Source: an uncultured virus (IMG/VR IMGVR_UViG_3300025809_000009) (lineage: Duplodnaviria; Heunggongvirae; Uroviricota; Caudoviricetes). Taken from it: DNA of 20,000 bases. Under the pieces are notes generated by a model, which saw nothing but the letters and a program-made list of their open reading frames with translations, ran no database searches and was not told the origin of the DNA. Position 1 is the stretch's first letter; every line of letters begins with the position of its first letter. Shown here one piece after another: positions 1 to 9,109 of the stretch. The stretch lies in IMG/VR virus record IMGVR_UViG_3300025809_000009; one strand, 5' to 3'. The translations under genes and the position numbers were made by a program.

Positions 1-3000
1 CGCCAACTGCGTGCTTTTTTCTTGATCTTCTGACGAGTCTTTTGGATTGGCTCCTGCTTTATCATCCTTTTTCTCTGATTTCCCACTTCCCTTGTCCATA
101 TTAACCGTTATATTAATATTATTTGTATTTCCGCCAGAAGTTCCAGTTTCTGAGTTTTCTGTTAAGGGGGTCACTGCTCCACCATCATTAAATTTTCCTG
201 CATTTATTCGGTCGAGCATTGGCTTGCCAAGTTGTCGAGCGCTACTTGCTCGAATTACATATTCTCCTTCGCTGAGCATTGCGGGAATTTGATCGATGCC
301 AGACTTGCCAGCTATGTGGCCGCCGTTGGCATAACCATTTATTTTTCCTCCTCTATAAACAGCTCTTGACTCCTGGATAGACGTTGGGCTAAAAGGGCTG
401 TAATTGTCTTTAACGATTGAGCCAAAATCAAAGTCGTTTTCAAAGGGTTGATTTATGCTCATCGCCTCAGTTCTTGACATGCCGGTTTCTAGCATTGTTT
501 GATTTACTGCGGCTGAGTCTATGCCAGAAGATTTGCCCCAAGAATCAAGCATTGATTTTTCTCCTAGTGCTCCAGATTCAGCAAGGCCCTCAAGGCCAGA
601 GGAAACCATACTTCCAATTCCAACACTCAGAGCGGTACCTACGAGCATTTGCATTAAAGCTCTTTTTTTGGCTTTTTTCTCAGCCTCTTTTCTCATTCTT
701 TCTTGAATGATTCCTTTTGTATATTGAGTATCCTCTTGAAGTCCTAGGTTTCCAGATTGTCCGCTATAGAAAAACCCAGACATTGCTTGAGATTGATATC
801 TTCTTCCTGTGTTGTAACCTTCTCCTCCTCCAAAGTTTGCAGCAAGAGCGGATCCTGGCTGAGGCTCGTCTGGCTTACCTCCAGTTGAATAACCTGGAAG
901 TTTTCCGCCTGCGTTTAATCTATGCATAAATCCGCCACCGTATTTCTTCACAGCGTCGCCACCCATTACATATTCGCCATTAGTTACCATTGCAGGAACT
1001 CCGCCTCCTTTAGAATATTTTCTTACTCCTCCTCCGCTAGAAAACGGTAAAGCTCCAACGATTGCATCGGCGGCTTTGCCAAGGTATGCTTGTTGAATTG
1101 CTCCAAGAAAATTCATTGCAATATTATTCATAACATCGCTCAAGTCATCGGCTTTATTTATTGCTGCTTGCATACCGTCAACAAGGCCGTTTCTAAATTG
1201 ATTTGTTAATTCACCACCAAGTCTAAACTCCATCGTTTCAGCTTGCTCGACAATTCTTTTTTGAGCGTCCCTAGCTCCATTACGCATTGCGCCAGGTCCG
1301 GTTTCGTATTCCCTCTTAAGTTTTAATCTTTCCTTCTCTTTCTCTAAGAGTTCTTGGGCGCTTGATATTTCTGTTTTTGTCTCTGCGTTTATGTTTTTTA
1401 TTTTTTGTTCGATTTCGTCTAGGTTCTTTTTTCTTTCTTCTTGCGAATTTAAAAGCGCATCATACTCTTCCCAATCAGCCTCGCTTTTTAGTGTTATTTG
1501 GCCAGTCACCATACCCTCAAGCCTTTTTTCCTTAAGTTCGTCCCGTTTCTTTTTTGTATCCAGTCCGGCGAGTTTGTCTTTTTGATTTTCTTCGAGGGTT
1601 GTGATTTTAGATTCTAATTTAAATCTTTTCTCGGACATTGCAAAACTTTCTCTTTCTCTACCGGTTTGATATCCTGGGCCTACAGCATTCAACCTTCTTG
1701 CTGCGGCAACTTGTTCGGTAAAACCTCGGATTTTCTGGGAAGACTGAAGGCCTTCTGAAGACATGCGGTTTTTTCTTTCTAAATCTTTTATAATTTTATT
1801 TTCTGTCGCAACATAAAGATCTTGGCCCAATACTCTCTTAGCCGAACCTGCTTGTGATATTTTACTTTGTCTTGCTAGAGTTTCGTCAGACCGCTTTTTG
1901 TACACAAGAGATTCTATAGCTGCGAGATCTTGAGGGGAAACTCCATCTATCTCTTTTAATTTACCCACAAGCTCTTGTCCGCTCATTTTAGAGTAAGGTT
2001 TTGTAACATCTATTCTTGATATTCTGTTTTTTTCGCTAGCCTTGATGCCCATCTTCTTAGCTAAGTCACTCCTGACCGAGCTCTGCATACTAGGAGATCG
2101 TTTCACTAAAGTCATTAAGCCCTCCTTAAGACTAGAGTCTGCACCCCGAAGAGAAGAATCTAATTTTTCAGCGGCAGAATTCAGGGCTTTTTTGTATTTT
2201 ATTTGCGCTTTCTGTTGTTCGGTTATCGCGCCACCCATCACTTTTTCTTGAAAATCTAAATTTTCAGAAATTTGCCGATACTTATCTTTTATTCTTAATT
2301 GAGCCAATGCGGATTCTTGCTGTGAAACTAACATCGCTTTCTGATGGTTTAACTTAACAATCAAACCGCGAACTTCCTCTTTTCTTAAATCAGCAGATTC
2401 ATTTTCAGCTTTTCTTTCCCCAGCCATAAAAGACTCAAACATGACTTTTTTTCTTGATACATCAGCTTTCTCTAATTCTTTGGCATACTCTTTTCCCGTC
2501 CCTTTAAATTCGCTGCCTGCCTCAGCTCCTTTTGCAGAAAAAGTATAATCGGAAGGTAATGCGCGCAAGGCGTCTGAGAGTTTAGAATCCAGATTAGTAT
2601 TCATAATTTCATTCATGACTTTAACTTTTCCTTGAGCTTCGGGATCTTTTTCTTTTTTGTAAATCGTTGAACTTGTTAAAGGATCAAAGCCTTTTGCGAC
2701 GTTTATGGTTTTTGAATTTTCTTTTTTTATTTCCTGATTAAGTCTATTGTAGCCCTCTCTAAAATCTTTTAAATGTTTCTTAGCTTCTGGGAAATCTGAG
2801 AAAAGAGAAACTAAAGAGGACCCCATGCTTTTTGAATAGTCTAAATCGTCTTTCGCTTTTTTAATTGCGGCCTCTTCAGCCTTGCCTAACCCATCAACTA
2901 ATCCGTATAAACCTCCAACAGTAGCTCCTATAGCTGTGCCCAGCGGACCAAACATCATTCCCATTGCTGCTCCGCTACCAGCCCCTTGTAGAAAACCTCC

Positions 3001-6000
3001 GGTGGCTGCGCCAGCCGTACCCCCAATTGCGTCTTGCGCAAAACCTGCAGCCATAGGCAAGCCCATCATCAAACCCATTTGCCCACCAGTGCTACCAATC
3101 ATTCTTCCCGCCCTCGTTCCAGCAAACCTTGAGCTTGCGTTTTGTAGCCCAACGCTTCTCGCGGCTCTTTGCGTAGCTGCTTTTAATTTTTCTGTGGTCC
3201 CAATTAATTGATTTGTTTTTTTGGCTACTCTGTCTTGAGCGCTAGAACTTACGTTGTATTTGTTCCCAAGTTTTTGCATCATCTCTTGCATTTTCTTATG
3301 AGGAACCCTGCCCGTTTCAAATCTTTTTATAACACCGGCAATAGCTTTGTTATACTTTTTAGCGTTGCTCTCCGTTTGGGATTGCGCACCACTACCTCTA
3401 TAACCAACCACGTCAGAACTTGTAATTTCTGGTGCATAATTCGGCACGTATCCATTTGCAGCGCCAAATACATCTTTCAATCCATTTGGTTCGTCGTCTG
3501 TATTGGTTACGCCCAGACCGATTGGATTACTTTTATTCATTAGTGCTGAATGAGAGCCAATTCTTATTTTCGAAACAGGAACGCCAGCTTCTTTTTCTCT
3601 ACCTATTGCATCAGATAATGGGTTGGCGAAGTTGGGGATGTATCCGTGAGATTTTAATTGACTATTTAAACCTACCCTAGAAAATTTGCCGCTTTGTAAA
3701 GACTTAAACCCTGCCTTGCGAAGAAGAGTTGTTTGTTCTTCGTTGCTACTACTCCATGGTTTGTCGCCAACAAAAAGGCGGCCATCTTTTCTAGACAATA
3801 TACCTTTATTTAGATCAGATGTTTTGCTTAAGTTAGGAGCGCCAGCTTTACCAAACCTAACATCATATATTTTTCTAGCGAATGATTTAGCATTTTTTAT
3901 GTTTGTGTTTATTTTAGCTTCAGCACCTTTCCTACCTTTGCTACCAGGAACCCCAAACAATTTATATAATTCTTTATTTCTTGGCAAATCAATTCTTGCA
4001 CCTTGATCTTCTGTGATTTTATCGGTCTCTCCCACACCGCGTATAATGCTTTTTGCCACAGCCTCAAAGATATGGCCCGAAACAACAGCCATTTTACTTT
4101 TTGGTAAATCACTGTTCATATTTGATTTATCCATAGAAAAAGTATCACCTAGGGATAAACTATTTAAAATTTGATTAGTAACCTCAAATCCCTTATTTTG
4201 AAGTTTTTCATTTATTTGGTCTTCGAATCTTTTTGAGCCTCTTTTTTTATCTGATTCATCTAAGGTGTAAAAATCAAAAGCGACTTTAGCGCCCTTACCT
4301 TGATTGGGATTCGCGGTCTTTTTTCCTTTAGCGGGAGCATGAATATCTGTAAATCCTTTTGGTGGAGATCCGTCAGACCTAGCTTGGTAAACTCCACTAT
4401 CTGCAACACCAGGAACAACATAATAATAGTTACCAATTTGATCTGAACCTCTAGATGCGGCGAGACCAACATAATTAGAAGAATTTTGATTAATACCATA
4501 TTGAACTCTTCCCTGTTTAGCTGTAAACTTAGAAGTTCTCGGTTTAATTTTCTTAAAATTAGGTATATATCCTCCCGCAGCATATGGATCAAATCCATGT
4601 ATACTACCAAATGCTTGTTGATAATTCTCTCCAGCCTTACTTGACTTTGGAGGCATGATCGCAGGTTGACTCATCCCCTTAAAATTCTTTACTTTTTCTG
4701 CGCTGTTATATATTACCGAGCCTTCGCCAGGCATATTCATACTTCGAATACTTCCAGCAGCATATCCACCTCGCGCAGCTTGCTCGCGTTCTGGATCTGC
4801 AAAATTTGGAATGTGTCCGCCCGCTCTTCCCTTTCGAGGAGCAAGGCTTGCATTGTACCCTTTCGTGTATAAACTAGCGGCAACACTTTTTGATACAGAG
4901 TTCAACATGTTAGCTTCAACAACTTGAGCCTTCAAGAGTCCAAGGATTATTTTTTCCTTTTCCGTTCTTGAAATATCGGTTCGCAACATTTCCTTGCTTA
5001 TCGCTGCGTTTTGCCCAAATAAAGTAACAAGAGAAGTTTGTATTGCTTTTTGTTTATGAGCTTCGCTTGTTACCCCAATTAAAGATTGCAGACTTTGATT
5101 CGCATAAACCAAAGCTTTAGCAAATAACTTTATAAATACTGCGGAAATAACGACCAACCCTGGACCAGTTATGATATTACCCAAGCCCTTTAAAAAACCT
5201 TGAGCGAAATCGCTACCAGTGGATTCTCCACCGCCAAGCATTTCATTTGCTCCTTCAGCCAGTCCCTTGAAAACATTCAAAACCTTTTCCATTCCTGGAG
5301 CAAGCATGATTTCTCCAATCTGTGCGCTTAATTCTTTTAAAGCTATTCCGGTTTCTGTGGCCATTGCAGACATGGTCTGCCTTAATTGATCGTTTTTGTC
5401 TATAGCTTCTGTGGTGGCCCCTGCAGAGATTTGAGTAGCGTTTGCAAGTATACCGTTTTGCTTTGCAGCGTCACTCAGTACAGCTTTTAATATATTGATT
5501 TGAAAAACTCCACCAACCGTCTGAGCTATTTGTGCTTTTTGGGATTCCGTAAGATGATCAAAAGTGTTAGCGAGATCGGTTAAAATTCTTCTTGCGCCAA
5601 TCGTATTGCCTTCCAAATCTCTTACAGCGATACCCAGATTTTCCAATTGATTTAAAGTGTCTGTTCTTCCTATTCTTGTGAAAATTGTTTTAAATGAGTT
5701 TCCGATTACTTTACCACCTCGAGCAGTTTTTTGTTGTGCTGCAGTAACCAGACCTACCAACTCATCAATATCCACTCCAGCACTTTTCGCAGCCTGACCC
5801 GTTCGAGATATCGCATCAGCAAAATCTTCTGCACTAACAGCAAATTTTACATCAACCGCAGCGAATTTACTTACAAGTTGAGTAGTGTCTTTTATTTGAT
5901 CTCCATAAGTATTCATGGCCGCAGTCAAAGCTTTTACTGCGTTTGCAGAATCCATTCCAGTTAATCGAGTCAAAATAAGAGCGTCTCGAGTTCTTTTTAA

Positions 6001-6441
6001 AGACTCCTCCATCGTCAAGCCTTGACGAGCATACTCGGTAGCCGCTTCAGCGGCAACGTTAAAAGCTGCTCCGGTTTCCTTGGCGGTTTTAAATAAGCCG
6101 TTTGAGAATTTTTCTAAATTCGCTGTAGATAAATTCATAACTACATTGATATCAGCAAGAGCTTTTTCGACTTCAACAACATTTTTAACTAAAGCTTTAA
6201 AGCCGTCAGCTACTCCATTGATTATCGCCATACTCGCGCCAAACGCAATGATACGAGCGTTAGCAGCTTCCATAGATTTGCTAAACTCGTCAGCTCCACG
6301 CTTCATATTCCCAAGCGGCTGGGTAGCTCCCTTGTCATCCACCGTTATTTTGATCGGTGTTTTGCGAATACGGTTTACAGCCGCTTGAACAGCCGCTTCA
6401 AGCGGCTGTGTATTACCTTGTACGTTGAGATTTATAGACAT
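1..6441 (-). CDS. Tail tape measure protein, TP901/PhageMin_Tail type; 3' end lies beyond the window (>=2147 aa)
   Basis: ATG at 6441 (MSINLNVQGNTQPLEAAV...). The frame is open in every segment I translated and still open at base 1 (...DQEKSTQLA), and no stop-terminated ORF in this frame appears in the track. It has the TP901-type core (AATEYARQGLTMEESLKRTRDALILTRLTG...TARGGKVIGNSFKTIFTRI...LENLGIAV), a Gly/Ala-rich hydrophobic segment (~2890-3100), charged coiled-coil stretches and C-terminal PAM(L/V)xxGEYV modules. Confidence 0.93.
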   Translation of the reverse strand, partial: MSINLNVQGNTQPLEAAVQAAVNRIRKTPIKITVDDKGATQPLGNMKRGADEFSKSMEAANARIIAFGASMAIINGVADGFKALVKNVVEVEKALADINVVMNLSTANLEKFSNGLFKTAKETGAAFNVAAEAATEYARQGLTMEESLKRTRDALILTRLTGMDSANAVKALTAAMNTYGDQIKDTTQLVSKFAAVDVKFAVSAEDFADAISRTGQAAKSAGVDIDELVGLVTAAQQKTARGGKVIGNSFKTIFTRIGRTDTLNQLENLGIAVRDLEGNTIGARRILTDLANTFDHLTESQKAQIAQTVGGVFQINILKAVLSDAAKQNGILANATQISAGATTEAIDKNDQLRQTMSAMATETGIALKELSAQIGEIMLAPGMEKVLNVFKGLAEGANEMLGGGESTGSDFAQGFLKGLGNIITGPGLVVISAVFIKLFAKALVYANQSLQSLIGVTSEAHKQKAIQTSLVTLFGQNAAISKEMLRTDISRTEKEKIILGLLKAQVVEANMLNSVSKSVAASLYTKGYNASLAPRKGRAGGHIPNFADPEREQAARGGYAAGSIRSMNMPGEGSVIYNSAEKVKNFKGMSQPAIMPPKSSKAGENYQQAFGSIHGFDPYAAGGYIPNFKKIKPRTSKFTAKQGRVQYGINQNSSNYVGLAASRGSDQIGNYYYVVPGVADSGVYQARSDGSPPKGFTDIHAPAKGKKTANPNQGKGAKVAFDFYTLDESDKKRGSKRFEDQINEKLQNKGFEVTNQILNSLSLGDTFSMDKSNMNSDLPKSKMAVVSGHIFEAVAKSIIRGVGETDKITEDQGARIDLPRNKELYKLFGVPGSKGRKGAEAKINTNIKNAKSFARKIYDVRFGKAGAPNLSKTSDLNKGILSRKDGRLFVGDKPWSSSNEEQTTLLRKAGFKSLQSGKFSRVGLNSQLKSHGYIPNFANPLSDAIGREKEAGVPVSKIRIGSHSALMNKSNPIGLGVTNTDDEPNGLKDVFGAANGYVPNYAPEITSSDVVGYRGSGAQSQTESNAKKYNKAIAGVIKRFETGRVPHKKMQEMMQKLGNKYNVSSSAQDRVAKKTNQLIGTTEKLKAATQRAARSVGLQNASSRFAGTRAGRMIGSTGGQMGLMMGLPMAAGFAQDAIGGTAGAATGGFLQGAGSGAAMGMMFGPLGTAIGATVGGLYGLVDGLGKAEEAAIKKAKDDLDYSKSMGSSLVSLFSDFPEAKKHLKDFREGYNRLNQEIKKENSKTINVAKGFDPLTSSTIYKKEKDPEAQGKVKVMNEIMNTNLDSKLSDALRALPSDYTFSAKGAEAGSEFKGTGKEYAKELEKADVSRKKVMFESFMAGERKAENESADLRKEEVRGLIVKLNHQKAMLVSQQESALAQLRIKDKYRQISENLDFQEKVMGGAITEQQKAQIKYKKALNSAAEKLDSSLRGADSSLKEGLMTLVKRSPSMQSSVRSDLAKKMGIKASEKNRISRIDVTKPYSKMSGQELVGKLKEIDGVSPQDLAAIESLVYKKRSDETLARQSKISQAGSAKRVLGQDLYVATENKIIKDLERKNRMSSEGLQSSQKIRGFTEQVAAARRLNAVGPGYQTGRERESFAMSEKRFKLESKITTLEENQKDKLAGLDTKKKRDELKEKRLEGMVTGQITLKSEADWEEYDALLNSQEERKKNLDEIEQKIKNINAETKTEISSAQELLEKEKERLKLKREYETGPGAMRNGARDAQKRIVEQAETMEFRLGGELTNQFRNGLVDGMQAAINKADDLSDVMNNIAMNFLGAIQQAYLGKAADAIVGALPFSSGGGVRKYSKGGGVPAMVTNGEYVMGGDAVKKYGGGFMHRLNAGGKLPGYSTGGKPDEPQPGSALAANFGGGEGYNTGRRYQSQAMSGFFYSGQSGNLGLQEDTQYTKGIIQERMRKEAEKKAKKRALMQMLVGTALSVGIGSMVSSGLEGLAESGALGEKSMLDSWGKSSGIDSAAVNQTMLETGMSRTEAMSINQPFENDFDFGSIVKDNYSPFSPTSIQESRAVYRGGKINGYANGGHIAGKSGIDQIPAMLSEGEYVIRASSARQLGKPMLDRINAGKFNDGGAVTPLTENSETGTSGGNTNNINITVNMDKGSGKSEKKDDKAGANPKDSSEDQEKSTQLA

Positions 6442-6469
6442 ATTACCTTATTCCGTTATAAGGTATTAA

Positions 6470-6474
6470 TACAC
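6470..6474 (-). promoter_or_regulatory. GTGTA motif upstream of the TMP
   Basis: GTGTAT on the minus strand, 28 nt before the ATG at 6441. Confidence 0.55.
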
Positions 6475-6479
6475 CAAAA

Positions 6480-7466
6480 CTATCCTACTCCATGCAATTT
6501 CATTAAATCTTCCATATTTAAAGTTCCGCCCTTCTTTTTGGCTTCTTCGTGAAGACTTACCCCTCCCTTAGGCTTGTCCACCCCAAGATACTCATAATCC
6601 TCATCCTTAGCTCCAACTAGAGTTCCAGCGCTACCTTGATTTAGTTTGTCTTTGGCTTTGTCTCGCTCTTCTTTTGAGGAGCCTCCAAAGTCTAACAGTT
6701 TCGCGGGATCTTTCCTTATATTATCTGGTATATTTTCATTATTATCAAATATATTTTTAAATACTCTAGTATAAACTATTAATCTTATTTGATTGTATGT
6801 TAAATTACAAAACGGTTTTCCATAAAATTGCATACTGTCTTCAGCAAAACTTAAATATGGATTATAAAAATCTTCTAATATAGTATATTGTATATTTTCT
6901 TCATTAAAGCTCTTAAAGACATCGTTATAACGAGAAACTATTTTCTTTAAATCTTGATTCTCTAATTGATCAAATTCATCTTCACCAAATAAAGGAATCA
7001 ATAAATCTTTATCTTTATAAAAACTTTTAATCATATAAAAATCATTTAATCTATCTTTTGCATATTTCTCGCAAGTGTTTCCAACAAGAGACATCCTCTG
7101 AGCGAGTTTTTGATTCAGTGCGAGGGTTTCTTCTTCTATTGTTTTTTCTTGCTTGTCAATCTGGTTCTTGATCACCATTTTTGTTTTGGCGGTCTTTAAA
7201 GTTTCAAGAAAATACTCCTTATCCTCTATGAATTTTTCGTCCTTGTCTCCCCAGTCTCCCTCTTCTTTTAAAAAAGCAAGCATCTCTTCTTCTGTGGGCA
7301 CGCCCCGACGAAGGGCTGCGTTAAAATATTTTTCCTCTATCTCTTCAAGCTCTACTTGGTCGTGCGGAGTCAAGTGCTTGATGTAAACAAAGTCCTCGTC
7401 AAGAATTGTGGAAGAGTAACCTCTAACTACATCCCTAAATATCTTTCTGCGCTTGACCGCTTCCAC
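6480..7466 (-). CDS. Probable tail assembly chaperone-like protein (328 aa)
   Basis: Long ORF with a GTG start; acidic, helical/coiled-coil composition; immediately upstream of the TMP on the same strand. Function inferred from position only. Confidence 0.55.
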   Translation of the reverse strand: MEAVKRRKIFRDVVRGYSSTILDEDFVYIKHLTPHDQVELEEIEEKYFNAALRRGVPTEEEMLAFLKEEGDWGDKDEKFIEDKEYFLETLKTAKTKMVIKNQIDKQEKTIEEETLALNQKLAQRMSLVGNTCEKYAKDRLNDFYMIKSFYKDKDLLIPLFGEDEFDQLENQDLKKIVSRYNDVFKSFNEENIQYTILEDFYNPYLSFAEDSMQFYGKPFCNLTYNQIRLIVYTRVFKNIFDNNENIPDNIRKDPAKLLDFGGSSKEERDKAKDKLNQGSAGTLVGAKDEDYEYLGVDKPKGGVSLHEEAKKKGGTLNMEDLMKLHGVG

Positions 7467-7471
7467 ATATA

Positions 7472-8281
7472 TTAAATACTACCGTCCTCGATATCTTTGT
7501 CTAGCTTTTCGAAATCTAGTTTCGAAACTGCGCCAGAACTGTAATACCAAAAGCTAAAAAATGCGGCAACCTTTCCTCCGACTATATCATAAAGATCGTT
7601 CCCCTCCTCCTCAAGCTCGTAATAAGTTTGAAGCTTTTGCTCAAAATCGCGACCCTCAAATAAAGGAGATATTTCCTCTTCGTCAGACTTCTGAACAAAA
7701 GTGAGATTTAAAATATACCATTGAATAACTTTATTCTCGGCTCTTACGTCAGCGGTGTGGTTGAAAAGGTTAGAATATGAAGTCTCGACATTAATAATAT
7801 CTTTCCTTAAAAGAGCTATCTCTCCAGCGATTTCCTTTAATCGCGCTGTATCCTTTTCTGTTTTAACATTTTTTATCTGAATCTTTTCGCTTTCCTGGGA
7901 GAATTCTCCATACCTTACGTACATTTTTGTCAGAGCTTTTGCGTCCTCTTCCGCAAGCAGTCCACCTGTATCGCTGTATTTTTTTGCGAGCATGGCTTTT
8001 GTTAAAATCCCTCGCTTTATACAATTACTCATTTCGACACTAAATTCCAATTCGGCATCTTCTATTTGCCTGCGAGTTGGCTGCTTCATTATGAGTCGAT
8101 AAGGAATTGGCTCAACCACTTCCTTGGTTACAGAAACTTCTTCCTCTTCGCCGGTTTCTTCGTTCTTGACTTTGCTCGTCTCTGTTTTCTTGACCTTCTC
8201 TTCTTTTTCAAAAGTGAAGCTGTAAATTTCACGCAGTTTTTTGCGGGTATCGTTTATTGTTGGGGTTGCTGTGTCTGACAT
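7472..8281 (-). CDS. Probable tail assembly chaperone-like protein (269 aa)
   Basis: Long ORF rich in Glu/Lys with a coiled coil; co-oriented and tightly packed (5-nt gap) with the next gene toward the TMP. Function is positional inference. Confidence 0.5.
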   Translation of the reverse strand: MSDTATPTINDTRKKLREIYSFTFEKEEKVKKTETSKVKNEETGEEEEVSVTKEVVEPIPYRLIMKQPTRRQIEDAELEFSVEMSNCIKRGILTKAMLAKKYSDTGGLLAEEDAKALTKMYVRYGEFSQESEKIQIKNVKTEKDTARLKEIAGEIALLRKDIINVETSYSNLFNHTADVRAENKVIQWYILNLTFVQKSDEEEISPLFEGRDFEQKLQTYYELEEEGNDLYDIVGGKVAAFFSFWYYSSGAVSKLDFEKLDKDIEDGSI

Positions 8282-8290
8282 AATTTTATT

Positions 8291-8578
8291 TTATTTAAAT
8301 GTAAAGCCTATGGTATAATTATCTAAATCCATTTCGATATTTCTAATAGTTTCATTGCCAATATCTAAAGTTCTTTTTCTTAGGTGATGCAACTTATCTA
8401 AACTGAAGTAGTCAGCTTGATCCACAACTGGCACGCAACCCTCTGGCAAATTATTTCTTAATTTATTAAAATTAATTTGATGCTCCTTATGTAAATCCTC
8501 AAGCATAACGAGGAAACCCTTAAAAAGGGAAACCGTATTCCTGTGGCAACATTTTTTAAAAATGTCTTCTGCTTCCAT
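8291..8578 (-). CDS. Hypothetical protein (95 aa, MEAEDIFKKCC...)
   Basis: Start moved from 8623 to the ATG at 8578, because the upstream extension overlaps the divergent regulatory region. First gene of the minus-strand unit. Confidence 0.7.
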   Translation of the reverse strand: MEAEDIFKKCCHRNTVSLFKGFLVMLEDLHKEHQINFNKLRNNLPEGCVPVVDQADYFSLDKLHHLRKRTLDIGNETIRNIEMDLDNYTIGFTFK

Positions 8579-8616
8579 ATGTATTATTGTTGTAGATCCT
8601 TGTACCTGTATCGATA

Positions 8617-8641
8617 TACACAAAAAAAAATCTTTAGTGTA
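8617..8641. promoter_or_regulatory. TACAC-N15-GTGTA dyad, candidate back-to-back phage late promoters
   Basis: Lies between divergent starts 8578(-) and 8651(+); same geometry as 13345-13369. Confidence 0.65.
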
Positions 8642-8650
8642 AAAGTATTC

Positions 8651-9109
8651 ATGGCAGAATTATTGACAGCGGCAGAAAGAGCAAGCGTGGCAGCGAACTT
8701 GTTAGATCTTCATGATACATTCGGAAGAGACATTGTTGTATATAAAGAAGCTCAAAAAGTTATAGTTAGCACAGACCCTAATTTTAATTATCTTTACGGA
8801 ACAGGCGGGGCCTCCACCACAAGCGTGGAGAATATTCCTGTAAAGAAAATATTTAAAGCTAGAATCAGGTACGACTCGGATAGAAGTTTGGAAAATTTCG
8901 GAGAGGCTGGAGCCCAAATAAAAGTAAGCCGACCAGACGGAGGTAGCTTAGTAAGGATTAAATTAAAAGCTGAAGACTATGCCTATATTAAAGAGGCAAA
9001 AAGAATCGAGCTTGACGGAAGAATGTTTCACGTAGATTCTGACCCAAGAGCTCACGGACTTTTTGATGTTATACAATTTTATTCACTGCTATTAAGACCC
9101 ATAGAGTAA
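8651..9109 (+). CDS. Putative head-closure / head-tail joining protein (152 aa)
   Basis: The real start is probably ATG 8651 (MAELLTAAER...). The C-terminus is beta-rich (VRIKLKAEDYAYIKEAKRIELDGRMFHV...FYSLLLRP), resembling stopper proteins. First gene of the neck-to-tube cluster. Confidence 0.55.
   Translation: MAELLTAAERASVAANLLDLHDTFGRDIVVYKEAQKVIVSTDPNFNYLYGTGGASTTSVENIPVKKIFKARIRYDSDRSLENFGEAGAQIKVSRPDGGSLVRIKLKAEDYAYIKEAKRIELDGRMFHVDSDPRAHGLFDVIQFYSLLLRPIE

Noticed and set aside
47..6388. Numerous short ORFs in the track (mostly plus strand) over 1-6441
   Set aside because: They are antisense or off-frame shadows of the long minus-strand TMP frame, which has recognisable motifs throughout.
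7460..7520. Programmed -1 frameshift joining the two chaperone-like genes (lambda G/GT style)
   Set aside because: No clear X XXY YYZ slippery heptamer near the end of 7472-8281, and the next gene has its own GTG start 5 nt after the stop.
8543..8650. Track N-terminal extensions at 8543, 8623, 13365 and 15346
   Set aside because: They use non-ATG starts in or next to the GTGTA regulatory sites or overlapping the divergent gene. The downstream ATGs (8651, 8578, 13386, 15352) fit better.
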